Positions 10,300 through 19,925 of a stretch of DNA of 64,000 bases are shown piece after piece. This stretch comes from an uncultured virus (IMG/VR IMGVR_UViG_3300025501_000001) (Duplodnaviria; Heunggongvirae; Uroviricota; Caudoviricetes), in IMG/VR virus record IMGVR_UViG_3300025501_000001; one strand, given 5' to 3'. Within the stretch, counting starts at the first letter, position 1. Each line of letters starts with the position of its first letter. A program made the translations under genes and the position numbers. The notes beneath the pieces were generated by a model. The model was not told the DNA's origin, did not search any database, and saw only the letters and a program-made list of their open reading frames with translations.

Positions 10300-11331
10300 A
10301 TGGCAGTAATTGACCACAAAAAGGAGAAGAAGATGAAAGAGAAAGACGGCAACGTGATCAATTTTCCGAAGGAAGGCGCGGACCAGCTCCCCGCCCAGGT
10401 TGTGCAGAGGATCCTCGGCGGCAAAACGGATGTCCGGATCGCCATCGCCAAGCACCCCCTGATGGGCGAATTTGCACCCTGTGTGCCCTACAGGGATTAT
10501 GCGGAGGTCTTTTCTTATGACGACCAATCTATTTTTAAGATCATCCAGCGCACGAAGTGGCTCAAAAAGTATTCAACTACTTCCATCATGGAAGCGGTTG
10601 ACGGCAAAATGCGACCCCAACTCTGCATTTTCGAAGAGGCCATGCTTGGTATATTTATGAAACTACTGCCTCAGAAATGTAAGGACAAGGAAGTCGCAGC
10701 CCGCATCGACCAGCTTCAGGAGGAAATGATCCTCACCCTCCGGGACGTGCTCCGGGGCTATAAGACCCAGACCGCCGGTTACCCCTTCGGCGAGCGCCAG
10801 GGGCTCCTTCCCCGTCCCGGCCTCTCCATGGACGCCATAGCCACGCTCTGTAAAGAGGCCGACAAGTATCTTCGCGGCAAGGCGTCCCTCAAGGCCCTCA
10901 ACTTCTATGGCGGTATGCCCGTAGACGACCTCCTGGAGGAACTGGAGGCGACGGAGGCTGTCAATTCCACACTCGGGGGCACGATAGCCCAGTACTTCGA
11001 CGCCCTCCGGGAGGTCGATGCGGGTAAATTCGAGATACGCGCAGGGGTCAGCGATGCAGGCGACCCTTATCTCGAAGGCGCGGGCCGTTCCTTTCATAAA
11101 GCTTTCGTCTTTCTGCAGCACGCGCGGAAACTGCCCAAGTTTTTCGGTACGGCCGCAGGGCTGAGTTATCTCCTGGGCCGCGAGGCCCCGGCCCTAGAAT
11201 ACATGGGCATCCGGCGCATAAAGAATAACCGTATTCTCAACGGACGGCGCTTTCACCGCTTCGAGTTCACGAGAGAGAAAGGCCCGCCGAATGAAAGATA
11301 TAACAAAACAAATAAACGAGGTGGACAATGA
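10300..11331 (+). CDS. Antirepressor-like DNA-binding protein (start possibly 10333)
   Basis: C-terminus resembles those of 49493..50509 and the primase. Confidence 0.55.
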   Translation: MAVIDHKKEKKMKEKDGNVINFPKEGADQLPAQVVQRILGGKTDVRIAIAKHPLMGEFAPCVPYRDYAEVFSYDDQSIFKIIQRTKWLKKYSTTSIMEAVDGKMRPQLCIFEEAMLGIFMKLLPQKCKDKEVAARIDQLQEEMILTLRDVLRGYKTQTAGYPFGERQGLLPRPGLSMDAIATLCKEADKYLRGKASLKALNFYGGMPVDDLLEELEATEAVNSTLGGTIAQYFDALREVDAGKFEIRAGVSDAGDPYLEGAGRSFHKAFVFLQHARKLPKFFGTAAGLSYLLGREAPALEYMGIRRIKNNRILNGRRFHRFEFTREKGPPNERYNKTNKRGGQ

Positions 11332-12605
11332 TAGATCAGAATAAAATCTTTATGGCGCTTTGTGCAGCAACCGGAAAAAGGTTGCCAAAAATGCGCACTG
11401 TAGTAAGCATGGTCATCCGAAACCTCCCCGAGGAACTCCACAGGCAGCTTAAATCAGAGGCGGCCCTTAAAGGGATCAGCCTTCAGAACCTTATACTCGC
11501 CTTACTTAAAGAAAATCTAGCACAGACGAGCAAAAGAGAATTTATGATAGAAAAGGGTGGGGCCGGTCAAATGTTTATAGATGCGCTCGGTCATGAGGGG
11601 GCTGAACGCTTAGCGAAAGCAGTGGGCGGAAAGCGAGTCACAATTCCAACTCTCAAGAATTCGGATCGTCAAAGGCGAAACGAAGAGATTCGTGCTCAGT
11701 TCACCGACGGTAATTATGACGATCTCGCTCTGCGTTTTAATATATCCGCCCGCCAAATACGCAACATTATTGGGTCGGTACCAAGGTCCCTACTTTACCG
11801 CAAAACAATGAAAACATTCGAAAATCGCGAGAAAGCAACTACGTCCAACTCGCCTAAAAATACTCCCGCCAAAAAAGAACAACAAGAAAAAGAGGTTGTT
11901 CCCACGGATAAACTAGTGGCACGGGCGCTATCTGCAGGGTATCAATCTTCCGCAAAAGAAGGTATATTAGAGAACATCTGGGGAAAGGTATGCCGTCTAC
12001 CGCGTCAAGCCGATGAAATGCTTAAACGGCTCAAGAAATGGCCGATTGAATTAGAGAAGACAGTATTACCCCTAACGACACACCTACCAGGTGCCGGCAT
12101 TGATTCTACCGTGGTACCGTCCGGTTTTAAGGAGAAGCCCGCGAAAGACCAGTTGCGGTTTAGAATTCCCCAGGACGTGCTCCAGAAAGTTGACGATTAC
12201 CGCTTTCAGAATCACATTCCATCCCGAGCTAAAGCTATCCGTGAGCTGCTGAAAAAGGTGCTGAAGACGCCGCAGAAAGAAAAAAGTACGCCAGGAAGCA
12301 GACCAATAAATAGAACACTTTTAGACGCCGGGGATGTGCAGAAACTGTTTAAGTTCAAAAATCGGAGAACCATTTATGCGCTGACGGCAAGGGGCTTATT
12401 GCCAGCGGTGCGAGTCGGCAGACTTCTGCGATTTGAACCTTCCGCGATCGAGACCTTTGTTCGCGGTTCCCGGTATAAGTAATTCTTTACTAAGTAACCC
12501 CGCAAAAAGGGGCTCATCTATATAATTCCCCATAGAATAACCGTATCGTGAACGGACGGCGCTTTCACCGCTTCGAGTTCACGAGCGAGAAAAGCACCGC
12601 CGAAT
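11222..12605 (+). repeat. ~70-bp imperfect direct repeats (11222-11292, 12534-12605)
   Basis: Shared AACGGACGGCGCTTTCACCGCTTCGAGTTCACGAG core. Confidence 0.9.
11328..12482 (+). CDS. Multi-domain DNA-binding protein (RHH, Mor, RHH, excisionase-like HTH)
   Basis: IRNLPEELHRQLK; GGKRVTIP..RNEEIRAQF..LALRFNISARQI; LRFRIP..SRAKAIRELL; RTIY..LPAVRVGRLLRF. Confidence 0.7.
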   Translation: MIDQNKIFMALCAATGKRLPKMRTVVSMVIRNLPEELHRQLKSEAALKGISLQNLILALLKENLAQTSKREFMIEKGGAGQMFIDALGHEGAERLAKAVGGKRVTIPTLKNSDRQRRNEEIRAQFTDGNYDDLALRFNISARQIRNIIGSVPRSLLYRKTMKTFENREKATTSNSPKNTPAKKEQQEKEVVPTDKLVARALSAGYQSSAKEGILENIWGKVCRLPRQADEMLKRLKKWPIELEKTVLPLTTHLPGAGIDSTVVPSGFKEKPAKDQLRFRIPQDVLQKVDDYRFQNHIPSRAKAIRELLKKVLKTPQKEKSTPGSRPINRTLLDAGDVQKLFKFKNRRTIYALTARGLLPAVRVGRLLRFEPSAIETFVRGSRYK

Positions 12606-12796
12606 AACCGGCCACATGTCACGAGAGGCGGTCCTCGGCCGCCCCTGACTTCCAAAATCCGGCAGCCATATTTTTCACGCTGCACCGCAGCACCCTTTCC
12701 AAGATATCGTTGTCACAGTAATCAAAACCCCAGGTGCAGCGCTCGCAGCATCCTTTCCGTTGCACCAGAAAACCGCCAAAAGGGGTGCAACGGTTT

Positions 12797-12841
12797 TTTT
12801 GCAACCCCCTGCCGTACGGTTTCACATATTTCTGCTATAAC
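12797..12841 (+). promoter_or_regulatory. Putative late promoter, copy 1
   Basis: TTTTGCAA-N4-CTGCCGTAC-N15-TGCTATAAC. Confidence 0.7.
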
Positions 12842-12884
12842 GCCCTTAGAGCGAGTTTAATCCGCATCCCTGGAGGGCTACCTA

Positions 12885-13622
12885 TTGGCAAAGACCCGTA
12901 AAAGGGCTAAACCCCAAGCCCCCGCCGATCTCAATAAGGAGAACACCGCCCCCGCCTCGCCCGAGACTGAGGAAGTCGGCATCCCTTCCGCCCTCCGTGT
13001 CCGCCGGCGGTATACCCTTACACCCGAGGCCCTCGCCCAGCGCCGGGCGGCCTCCCACTCCCCCGCAAAATCGGCCGCGTCCGCCGGCAACCGCAACGCC
13101 TGGCGCCACGGCTCCTACGCAGCGAGCTTCATCAACAAGATGCGGCCCTGTCTATCGACCTGCCCCCATTACCCCTGCGAGCTCGTGGAAGAGGGCGAGA
13201 CGGCCCCGGGCGAGGACTGCCTCGACAAGGCGGAAGTCCTCAGGTTTTACCGGGCGGTCCATGATGCGATCGCCGAAAAGAAGTACGATGCCTTCAACGA
13301 GCTTGCGGCCCTCCAGATCGGCAACGCCATCAAAGTGATAGACATGCTCATGGAAGACCTGCTCCGCGACGGCACCGTAGTCAAGCGCGAGAAGCACGAC
13401 GCCAAAGACAACCTGGTCATCGAGTACGTCACGCACCCGTCCCTTCTCGCCCTGCCGAAACTGCTCGCCGATCTCGGCCTCTCCGCCGCCGAGTTCCTCA
13501 TCACCCCGCGCTCCCTGAAAAAAGCGAACGCGGAAGAGGAGCTGCCTAAGACGCTCGCCGATATGATGAGCCGGGCCGGCAGGGTCTTCAAGAAACCCTC
13601 CGGCGAGGGTGACGACGAATGA
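12885..13622 (+). CDS. Putative terminase small subunit
   Basis: GNRNAWRHG motif, HPSL..LGLS; lies just before TerL. Confidence 0.7.
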   Translation: MAKTRKRAKPQAPADLNKENTAPASPETEEVGIPSALRVRRRYTLTPEALAQRRAASHSPAKSAASAGNRNAWRHGSYAASFINKMRPCLSTCPHYPCELVEEGETAPGEDCLDKAEVLRFYRAVHDAIAEKKYDAFNELAALQIGNAIKVIDMLMEDLLRDGTVVKREKHDAKDNLVIEYVTHPSLLALPKLLADLGLSAAEFLITPRSLKKANAEEELPKTLADMMSRAGRVFKKPSGEGDDE

Positions 13623-13627
13623 AGAGC

Positions 13628-13828
13628 GAGCAAAGGAAGCATGGAGCATGGAGCCCGCTCGCTACGCTCGCTCTGGAGCATAGAGCAGAGGAAGCATGGA
13701 GATGTTTCTAACGTTGAACATTGAACATAGAACTTTGAACAGTTCTCTGCTCCGGAGCGCCGCAGGCGCGGGCTCCATGCTCCATGCTGCACTTGCTCCA
13801 TGCTCCATGCTCCATGCTGCTTTTGCTC
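13628..13828 (+). repeat. Heptamer palindromic element at TerS/TerL junction
   Basis: agcatgg arm, ttgaac arm, ccatgct arm. Confidence 0.9.
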
Positions 13829-13841
13829 CGCCGTGGGCGCC

Positions 13842-15935
13842 GTGATGGCCGGTTCCGTCGCCTATGCCCATCACGCCGCGGACGATGCCATAGAGCCCCT
13901 GGCGCTTCGCGACCTGCACCGCTCTATCATGGTCCCCCGCTCCGATTTCGAGGCGTGGCTCGCCCGCCACGACTGGACGTATCACCAGCTCGCCCGCGCC
14001 GAATTCCCTGCCCCCTATTCCTCCCTCGAGGAGTTCCAGCTCGGCTGCATCTGCGCGGACCCCTATCTCTGGTGCACCATGTTCCTGCGCGAGCCTGAGG
14101 ACCCCGACCATGACGAGCCGTACAACTTCTGGACCTTTCAGATCGAATCGCTCCGCTGGCGCGGCAGTGTCGTCCACAAGGACGCGGCCGAGATAGGCAA
14201 GACGCGCGAGATCGTCGCCCTGTCCCTCTATTACGCCTTTATCACGGCCAACGGCTCGGGTCTTGGAGGCGCTCCGCTCCAGACGCACCTGGACGAGATC
14301 ATCGAGGGCATGTACGACCAGATGCTTTGGAACCCGGACCTCAAGAAATCCCTCGTCCGCTGGAAGAAGCACCCGCACCACGCCTTTTATTTCTCTAATC
14401 ATTTTAAGATGGACTTCCGCCCCTCGGGCCACGACGGTGTAGCCTACAGGGGCGTCCACGTCCGCACGCTGGCATGGCGAGACGAGGCTGCCAAGGACAA
14501 GCACAAGCGCCAGTGGTCGGAATTCTGGAGGGCGCTCAAGCCCGGCTGCGCCGCCCGCATCTACTCCGTGCCGGACGGAGACCGCTCCTGCGAGTTCTAC
14601 AAGCTCGCCGAACGTGCCGCCCGTCAGCAACCGGCAAGCCCACGGAAGGTTCAAGGTTCAGGGTTTACGGATGTTCAAGGTTCAGAGTTCAAGGTTCAGG
14701 GTTCCGAAAGAGAGGATCGTATTAACGTTGAACATCGAACATCGAACATTGAACAGCCCTATGGCACCGCAGTCGATAATGGCTGGGGCGACACCCCTCC
14801 GAAGACAAGAGTGCGAGAGGAGTGTTGTCCATCAAATCTTGATGAGGAGGTCAAAGTTGAATCCTTCGAGGGCGTTTCAAAACATATTAAATCGCTCAAA
14901 TTTCGACTTTTTCAGTGGGGAAAAAGCCTTATGCCGAGTCCTTTCTGGACCCCGGAGCGAAAGAGATTTTACATCGAGCAATTCGGTGGCGAGGATTCTC
15001 CGGAATACAAGCACAACGTGCTCGGACTCGACGGCGATCCGGAGGATACTGTCTTTCCGTGGCACCTCTTCAGAGCATGTATAAAAGAGGTCCCCGATTA
15101 CCACTGCCTCAAGATCACCGTCGACTCCGCCAACAATGAGGTGATGGCCACCGGGTACCGGTGCGAGATTGTCTCCTCTGCCGAGGATATAGTACCTAAA
15201 CAGATATTCCTTCTGGAGACCGTCTACCGCAAATCGACCTTCTTCAACCTTGGCGATGATGGCGAGTCCGAGTTCCGCCGCCTCATCAAGGGCTTCTTCC
15301 TCTATGTCCCCGGCCTCAAGCGCGGCGGGGCAGACCTCGGCTTCTCGGGCGACCCCTCAGAGATCACCGTCACTCTCGTCCTCGGCCGCCGCGAGCGCAA
15401 GGTAGCGCGCCTCTACCTCAAGCACGTCACCTACGACCAGCAGTGCCAGGCTTTAGACGCGCTCGACGACCTCTACGGCGCCCCTTCCGTCTCCCCCGCG
15501 CCCCCCCAGGCCGCCTCCGACATCATCTGGGGCACGGACTTCGGCAACGCCGGCTCCGCCGTCGCCCACGACCTGCAGGGCCTCCCCCAGTATGCCCACA
15601 AGCACTACGAGGACCGCCTGCGCGGCTTCATGTTCGAATCGACCTCCGACAACGTAGACGAGGACGGCAACCCCATCATCGACGCGAAGACGAACAAGCC
15701 CGTCAAGATCACCCTCAAAGAGCTGGCGACGGACCTCCTCGTCAAGAAGATGCAGCGCCAGGAGCTCGAGTATCCTCCGGACCCCGACTACGTCTTCATG
15801 TATCCGAACCATACATGCCACGCGGGCGAGAAGCACAGGATCTACAAAAAAACGGACGACCACCTGATCGACAGCGACCGCGTCCAGAAACTGGCCGGGC
15901 TTTTATCTATGGAGACAGAGGACCTCTTCGCATGA
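13842..15935 (+). CDS. terL: Terminase large subunit with in-frame repeat insertions
   Basis: AAEIGKT Walker A-like, RDEAA Walker B, GADLG and DDHLIDS nuclease motifs. Confidence 0.85.
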   Translation: MMAGSVAYAHHAADDAIEPLALRDLHRSIMVPRSDFEAWLARHDWTYHQLARAEFPAPYSSLEEFQLGCICADPYLWCTMFLREPEDPDHDEPYNFWTFQIESLRWRGSVVHKDAAEIGKTREIVALSLYYAFITANGSGLGGAPLQTHLDEIIEGMYDQMLWNPDLKKSLVRWKKHPHHAFYFSNHFKMDFRPSGHDGVAYRGVHVRTLAWRDEAAKDKHKRQWSEFWRALKPGCAARIYSVPDGDRSCEFYKLAERAARQQPASPRKVQGSGFTDVQGSEFKVQGSEREDRINVEHRTSNIEQPYGTAVDNGWGDTPPKTRVREECCPSNLDEEVKVESFEGVSKHIKSLKFRLFQWGKSLMPSPFWTPERKRFYIEQFGGEDSPEYKHNVLGLDGDPEDTVFPWHLFRACIKEVPDYHCLKITVDSANNEVMATGYRCEIVSSAEDIVPKQIFLLETVYRKSTFFNLGDDGESEFRRLIKGFFLYVPGLKRGGADLGFSGDPSEITVTLVLGRRERKVARLYLKHVTYDQQCQALDALDDLYGAPSVSPAPPQAASDIIWGTDFGNAGSAVAHDLQGLPQYAHKHYEDRLRGFMFESTSDNVDEDGNPIIDAKTNKPVKITLKELATDLLVKKMQRQELEYPPDPDYVFMYPNHTCHAGEKHRIYKKTDDHLIDSDRVQKLAGLLSMETEDLFA
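14646..14755 (+). repeat. Heptamer element in-frame inside TerL
   Basis: Encodes KVQGSGFTDVQGSEFKVQG...NVEHRTSNIEQ. Confidence 0.9.
14784..14831 (+). repeat. CCTCCGAAG..GCGAGAGG hairpin, copy 1 (in TerL)
   Basis: Shared core with 21565-21616 and 55572-55613. Confidence 0.75.
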
Positions 15936-15944
15936 TGCAACAAT

Positions 15945-16074
15945 TGTTCAAGGTTCAAGGTTCAGGGTTCAAGGTTGAAGATCGAACATTGAACAGTCCC
16001 TTCAGGGTTCAAGGTTCAAGGTTCGGGGAAAAAGGGGGGTTTCAACGTTGAACATTGAACGTCGAACCTTGAAC
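15945..16074 (+). repeat. Heptamer element at TerL/portal junction
   Basis: GTTCAAG and TTGAAC arms. Confidence 0.9.
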
Positions 16075-18354
16075 GGTTTCGTCCGCCGCGTCCTCCGCGC
16101 CCTTGGCAAGGCACTCCCTGTCTTCCCCGGCGACGTGATGCCGGTAATACCGGCCGGGGCGCTCTCTCCCCAGGGCGGCTGGCAGCTCCGGCCCAACGAC
16201 GGCCAGGGCCTCCTCACCCCCTATTTCGCCAACTATATTGCCCGGAAGGTCGAGCCCTGGTTCTATGAATTCCTTCGCGAGGCAATTCCTGTTATCGACG
16301 CGGCGATCAGGCGGCTCGTCAGCCTCGACGGCCACCTCGTCGTCAAGGGGAACAATGCCGCCCTCGTCGAGGAGATCCGGGAATGGATGCACAACGTCAA
16401 GGTGAACGACATCCAGACGGGCCTCCAGGCGTTCCACCAGAGCCTCACGAACGAGGCTTTCGAGCAGGGCTTCGCCCTCGGAGAATGGGTGGTCAACGAG
16501 GAGCGCGATGACATAACCGGCCTGCGCACCGGCGACTCGAAATTCGTCAGGTTCCAGCGCACCCCCAAAGGCGTCAACATCTTCCAGCGGTCCGACACGG
16601 ACGTCAGCTTCCGCGAGTTGCGCCGGGAGCAGCTCATCTATTTCTCGATCGATAACGAAAACCAAAACCCCTACGGCTGTCCCCTTTTCCGGTCCTGCGA
16701 GTTCGTCGCGAAGATCCTCGCCACCATGCAGAACGCCCTCGGGAACCAGTGGGAAAGGTTCGGGGACCCTTCATTCTCGGTGATCTACAAGACCTCGAAG
16801 AAGGACGGCATGGACCTGGAGGCCCGCCGCAAGACGCTCGAGACCGACCTCAATACGGCGGTCAGGGCGAAGCGCGAGGGCCGCTCCGCCGATTTCGTCC
16901 GCGCCATCGACACCAATTCAGAAATCGAGATAGATGTCATCGGCGCCAAGGGCGAGATCATGTCGGTCGAAGAGCCGGCCCGCCACGTCCTCGAGCAGAT
17001 CATCGCAAAGTCCGGCCTGCCTCCCTGGATGCTCGGCATGCACTGGAGCTCCACCCAGGCCCTCGCCGGCGTCGAGGTAGAAGTACTCAAGTCGGACATC
17101 GCCACGCGCCAGGCGGCGAAGATGCCGCACTTCCACAACCTCGTCCGAAACTTGCTTCTCCTCCGGGGCCGCACCTGGAAGAGGGGCGACTGGTGGCTGG
17201 AGTGGGCGCAGGTCAATCTGGTCGACATCGAAAAACAGGCCCGCGCGCGTTTCCTGAATGCACAGGCGGACATGATGTCGCCCGCGAGCGCGCCCGCAAG
17301 CAAAAGCAGCAAAGGCAGCATAGAGCATAGAGCAAAAGCAGCAGAGAGCATGGAGCAAGGGAAGCATGGAGCAAAGGGCTCTAAAACTCTATGCTCTCTG
17401 CTCTCTGCTCAATGCTCTCACGCGAAGGAACTTCGCCGCTCCGTTGCCTGGCCGGCCCTGGACAAGGTCGAGAACGCCTATGCCGATCGCCTCGCCTCCG
17501 ACTGGTCCGACCTGCACAAGCAGGTCCTCACAATCCTTGAGCTTCCCGCTTCCAAGTCTCCCCATGGAAATGGCCGCGCGGTGGGCGTCATGGGCGAGGC
17601 GGAGACTGAGGCCGTCCTGCCGCTCACCCGCACGTCCTCGGGCGATCTGGCTGTCCGGGCGCAAGGCGCGGGTTCAGGGTTCAACCTTGAACATCGAACC
17701 TTGAACCTTGAACAGTCCTTTGCTCCATGCTCCATGCTCCATGCTTCCTCGGCTAAAGCAGACGACGACCTCTTCTCCTTCACCGAGGAGCAGCGCTCGG
17801 CCATCATGCAGGCCATGAGACAATTCATCGGCCGCTACGATAGCGACGATGCCGACTCGCCGGTGCGCAAATACTACGGCCAGGCATACTCGCTCGGGCT
17901 CATCCAGGCGGCGACGCTTGCCGGCAAGGAGCGCCCGATCCTCGATCTCATCAAGAACAGCCAGGTCTACGATCAACTCTGCACCGACGGCTTTGCCCTC
18001 GTCAAGGACGACGCGACGAAATCCATCGTCCAGAGGATCCTCCCCGAGATGGAAGCCCAGACCCTGGCCGGCACGAACCCTCGCCACGTCGCCACCAGGC
18101 TCGAATCCCTTTTCGGCTCCGCCAACTCCGATTGGGAGCGCCTCGCCCGCACGGAAATGACCTCCGCGGCGGAAGGCGCCAAGCTCGACGAATGGGGCGA
18201 GGAAGGCACGAAGAGGGTTGACTTCGTCCCCTCGCCCGACGCCTGCGAAGAATGTCAGGCCCTCGCCGGAGAGTACGACATCGACTCCTGCCCGATACCC
18301 GGCATTGGCACGCATCCCCGCTGTCGCTGCAGCACCGCCCCGGTGGCGGAATGA
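16048..18354 (+). CDS. Portal protein fused to MuF (gp30-like) head morphogenesis domain; true start uncertain
   Basis: Follows TerL; NPYGCPLF portal-like motif; ERLARTEM...ACEEC..HPRCRC MuF motif. Confidence 0.85.
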   Translation: MNIERRTLNGFVRRVLRALGKALPVFPGDVMPVIPAGALSPQGGWQLRPNDGQGLLTPYFANYIARKVEPWFYEFLREAIPVIDAAIRRLVSLDGHLVVKGNNAALVEEIREWMHNVKVNDIQTGLQAFHQSLTNEAFEQGFALGEWVVNEERDDITGLRTGDSKFVRFQRTPKGVNIFQRSDTDVSFRELRREQLIYFSIDNENQNPYGCPLFRSCEFVAKILATMQNALGNQWERFGDPSFSVIYKTSKKDGMDLEARRKTLETDLNTAVRAKREGRSADFVRAIDTNSEIEIDVIGAKGEIMSVEEPARHVLEQIIAKSGLPPWMLGMHWSSTQALAGVEVEVLKSDIATRQAAKMPHFHNLVRNLLLLRGRTWKRGDWWLEWAQVNLVDIEKQARARFLNAQADMMSPASAPASKSSKGSIEHRAKAAESMEQGKHGAKGSKTLCSLLSAQCSHAKELRRSVAWPALDKVENAYADRLASDWSDLHKQVLTILELPASKSPHGNGRAVGVMGEAETEAVLPLTRTSSGDLAVRAQGAGSGFNLEHRTLNLEQSFAPCSMLHASSAKADDDLFSFTEEQRSAIMQAMRQFIGRYDSDDADSPVRKYYGQAYSLGLIQAATLAGKERPILDLIKNSQVYDQLCTDGFALVKDDATKSIVQRILPEMEAQTLAGTNPRHVATRLESLFGSANSDWERLARTEMTSAAEGAKLDEWGEEGTKRVDFVPSPDACEECQALAGEYDIDSCPIPGIGTHPRCRCSTAPVAE
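17299..17419 (+). repeat. AGCA/TGCT heptamer element in-frame in the portal-MuF linker
   Basis: agcatagagcatag...ctatgctctctgctctctgct. Confidence 0.9.
17671..17746 (+). repeat. Heptamer element in-frame in portal-MuF
   Basis: Encodes GSGFNLEHRTLNLEQSFAPCSMLHA. Confidence 0.85.
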
Positions 18355-18357
18355 ACG

Positions 18358-18474
18358 GCAGCATGGAGCATGGAGCAAAAGCAGCATGGAGCATGGAGAT
18401 GTTCAAGGTTCGAGGTTCAGGGTTCAACGTTGAACATCGAACATTGAACAGCCCTTTGCTCTCTGCTCTCTGCT
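18358..18474 (+). repeat. Nested heptamer element
   Basis: AGCA, GTTC, GAAC, TGCT arms in order. Confidence 0.9.
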
Positions 18475-18492
18475 TCCCACCGGAGACATAAC

Positions 18493-19857
18493 ATGAAAAG
18501 CATACTCTTCATCGACAACAACCTCGCCCTCGACCACGCCGTCAAGCTCGCCGAGGATTACAAGGTCTTCCACTGCCCCGGCGGCTCCGGCGCTTACCCA
18601 TACCTCCAGGACCAGATATCGGGCGACGGCTTCCCGCTCACCTACGTGGAAGACTTCGGCTCGGTCCTCTACGACGTCGACATGGTCTATATCGTCGACT
18701 GCTTCCTCGGGGGCCTCGCGGACAGCCTGCGCAAAAAGGGCATCGCGGTATTCGGACCCTCCGCCGAGTGGACGCGCATCGAGAACGACCGCGTTTACGG
18801 CTGGAAGGCCCTCAAGGGCATGGGCATAGGCGTGCCCGACGGCGAGGTCGTCACCGGGATGAAAGGCGTCCTCGACTTCATCGAAGCCCACGAGGACAAG
18901 GACGAGAAGGACCCTCTCAAGAAGCTCCGCTTTTTCCTCAAGGTCGGCAAATATCGCGGCAACTTCCCGACCAAGGACGTCTCAACCGTCCTCGAGGCCC
19001 AAACTGCCCTCACCCAGGCGAACTTCGGCCCGTATCTCGACTCTCTCTGGTTCCTCATCAACTTGATGTCCCCGGGGATCGAAGTAGGCTTCGACGCCTT
19101 TTTCAACGGCAGGGAATTCATCCGCCCCTTCGCCTACACGATCGAGATCAAGGGCTCCGGGACCACGGCCCACTGGATCGACACGAACGGCATCGAGACA
19201 GAGTTTTTTCAGAAGATGCAGAAGTCCCTCGCCGATTCCGGCTATCGCGGCAACATCTCGATGGAGTTCCTCTGGGACGGCGAGCGCGTCTACGCCATCG
19301 ACCCGACGGCGCGCCTCCCCTTCCCCTGCTCGAGCCTGCAGGCGCACTACATCTCGAATTACAACGAGCTCGTCTGGAAGGTCGCGCACGGTGAGGACGT
19401 GGAGGTCCAGATCTCAGGCGGCTATGATTATGCCAGCCAGATCACGGTAGCGACCGACGACGATAAGCTCTTCCGCGCCATCCGCTTCCCGAAGGAACTG
19501 AAGCCCCAGGTCGGCTTCCGCCGCTGCGCTTTCAAGGAAGATGATTACTGGTTCGTCCCGGGGGATACGGTCGTGGCGACGGCCCTCGGCCAGGGCGACA
19601 CGTACCAAGCCTCCCTCGACTCGGCCGGCCGGGTGGCCCGGGAGATCCAGTGCAACAACATTTATTTCGACGGCGATTTTATTCGGGAGATGAACAAAAC
19701 CGTCGAGAAGCTCAACACGCTCGGAAAGGACTTTGCTTTCGGCGGACCGTCGACGGCGCCGCCGGCGAAGAACGCCTCCGACCTCTTGAACTTCGGCCCG
19801 CGCCACCAGAGATCCCGGATGTTCAAGGTTCAAAGTTCAAGGTTCAAGGTTCGGTAA
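18493..19857 (+). CDS. ATP-grasp ligase (PurD/GARS-like)
   Basis: GLADSLRKKGIAVFGPS..IENDR; GYRGNISME; DPTARLPFP. Confidence 0.8.
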   Translation: MKSILFIDNNLALDHAVKLAEDYKVFHCPGGSGAYPYLQDQISGDGFPLTYVEDFGSVLYDVDMVYIVDCFLGGLADSLRKKGIAVFGPSAEWTRIENDRVYGWKALKGMGIGVPDGEVVTGMKGVLDFIEAHEDKDEKDPLKKLRFFLKVGKYRGNFPTKDVSTVLEAQTALTQANFGPYLDSLWFLINLMSPGIEVGFDAFFNGREFIRPFAYTIEIKGSGTTAHWIDTNGIETEFFQKMQKSLADSGYRGNISMEFLWDGERVYAIDPTARLPFPCSSLQAHYISNYNELVWKVAHGEDVEVQISGGYDYASQITVATDDDKLFRAIRFPKELKPQVGFRRCAFKEDDYWFVPGDTVVATALGQGDTYQASLDSAGRVAREIQCNNIYFDGDFIREMNKTVEKLNTLGKDFAFGGPSTAPPAKNASDLLNFGPRHQRSRMFKVQSSRFKVR

Positions 19858-19925
19858 AGAGAAAGGGGTCAAGGCTTACGGATGTTCAAGGTTCAAAGTT
19901 CAAGGTTCAAGGTTCGGTAAAGAGG
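19816..19925 (+). repeat. Two tandem left (GTTC) arms without right arms
   Basis: cggatgttcaaggttcaaagttcaaggttcaaggttcggtaaagag twice. Confidence 0.9.

Noticed and set aside
14620..14880. TerL insertion as an intein or group I intron
   Set aside because: No intein terminal residues or endonuclease motifs; explained by the two repeat families.
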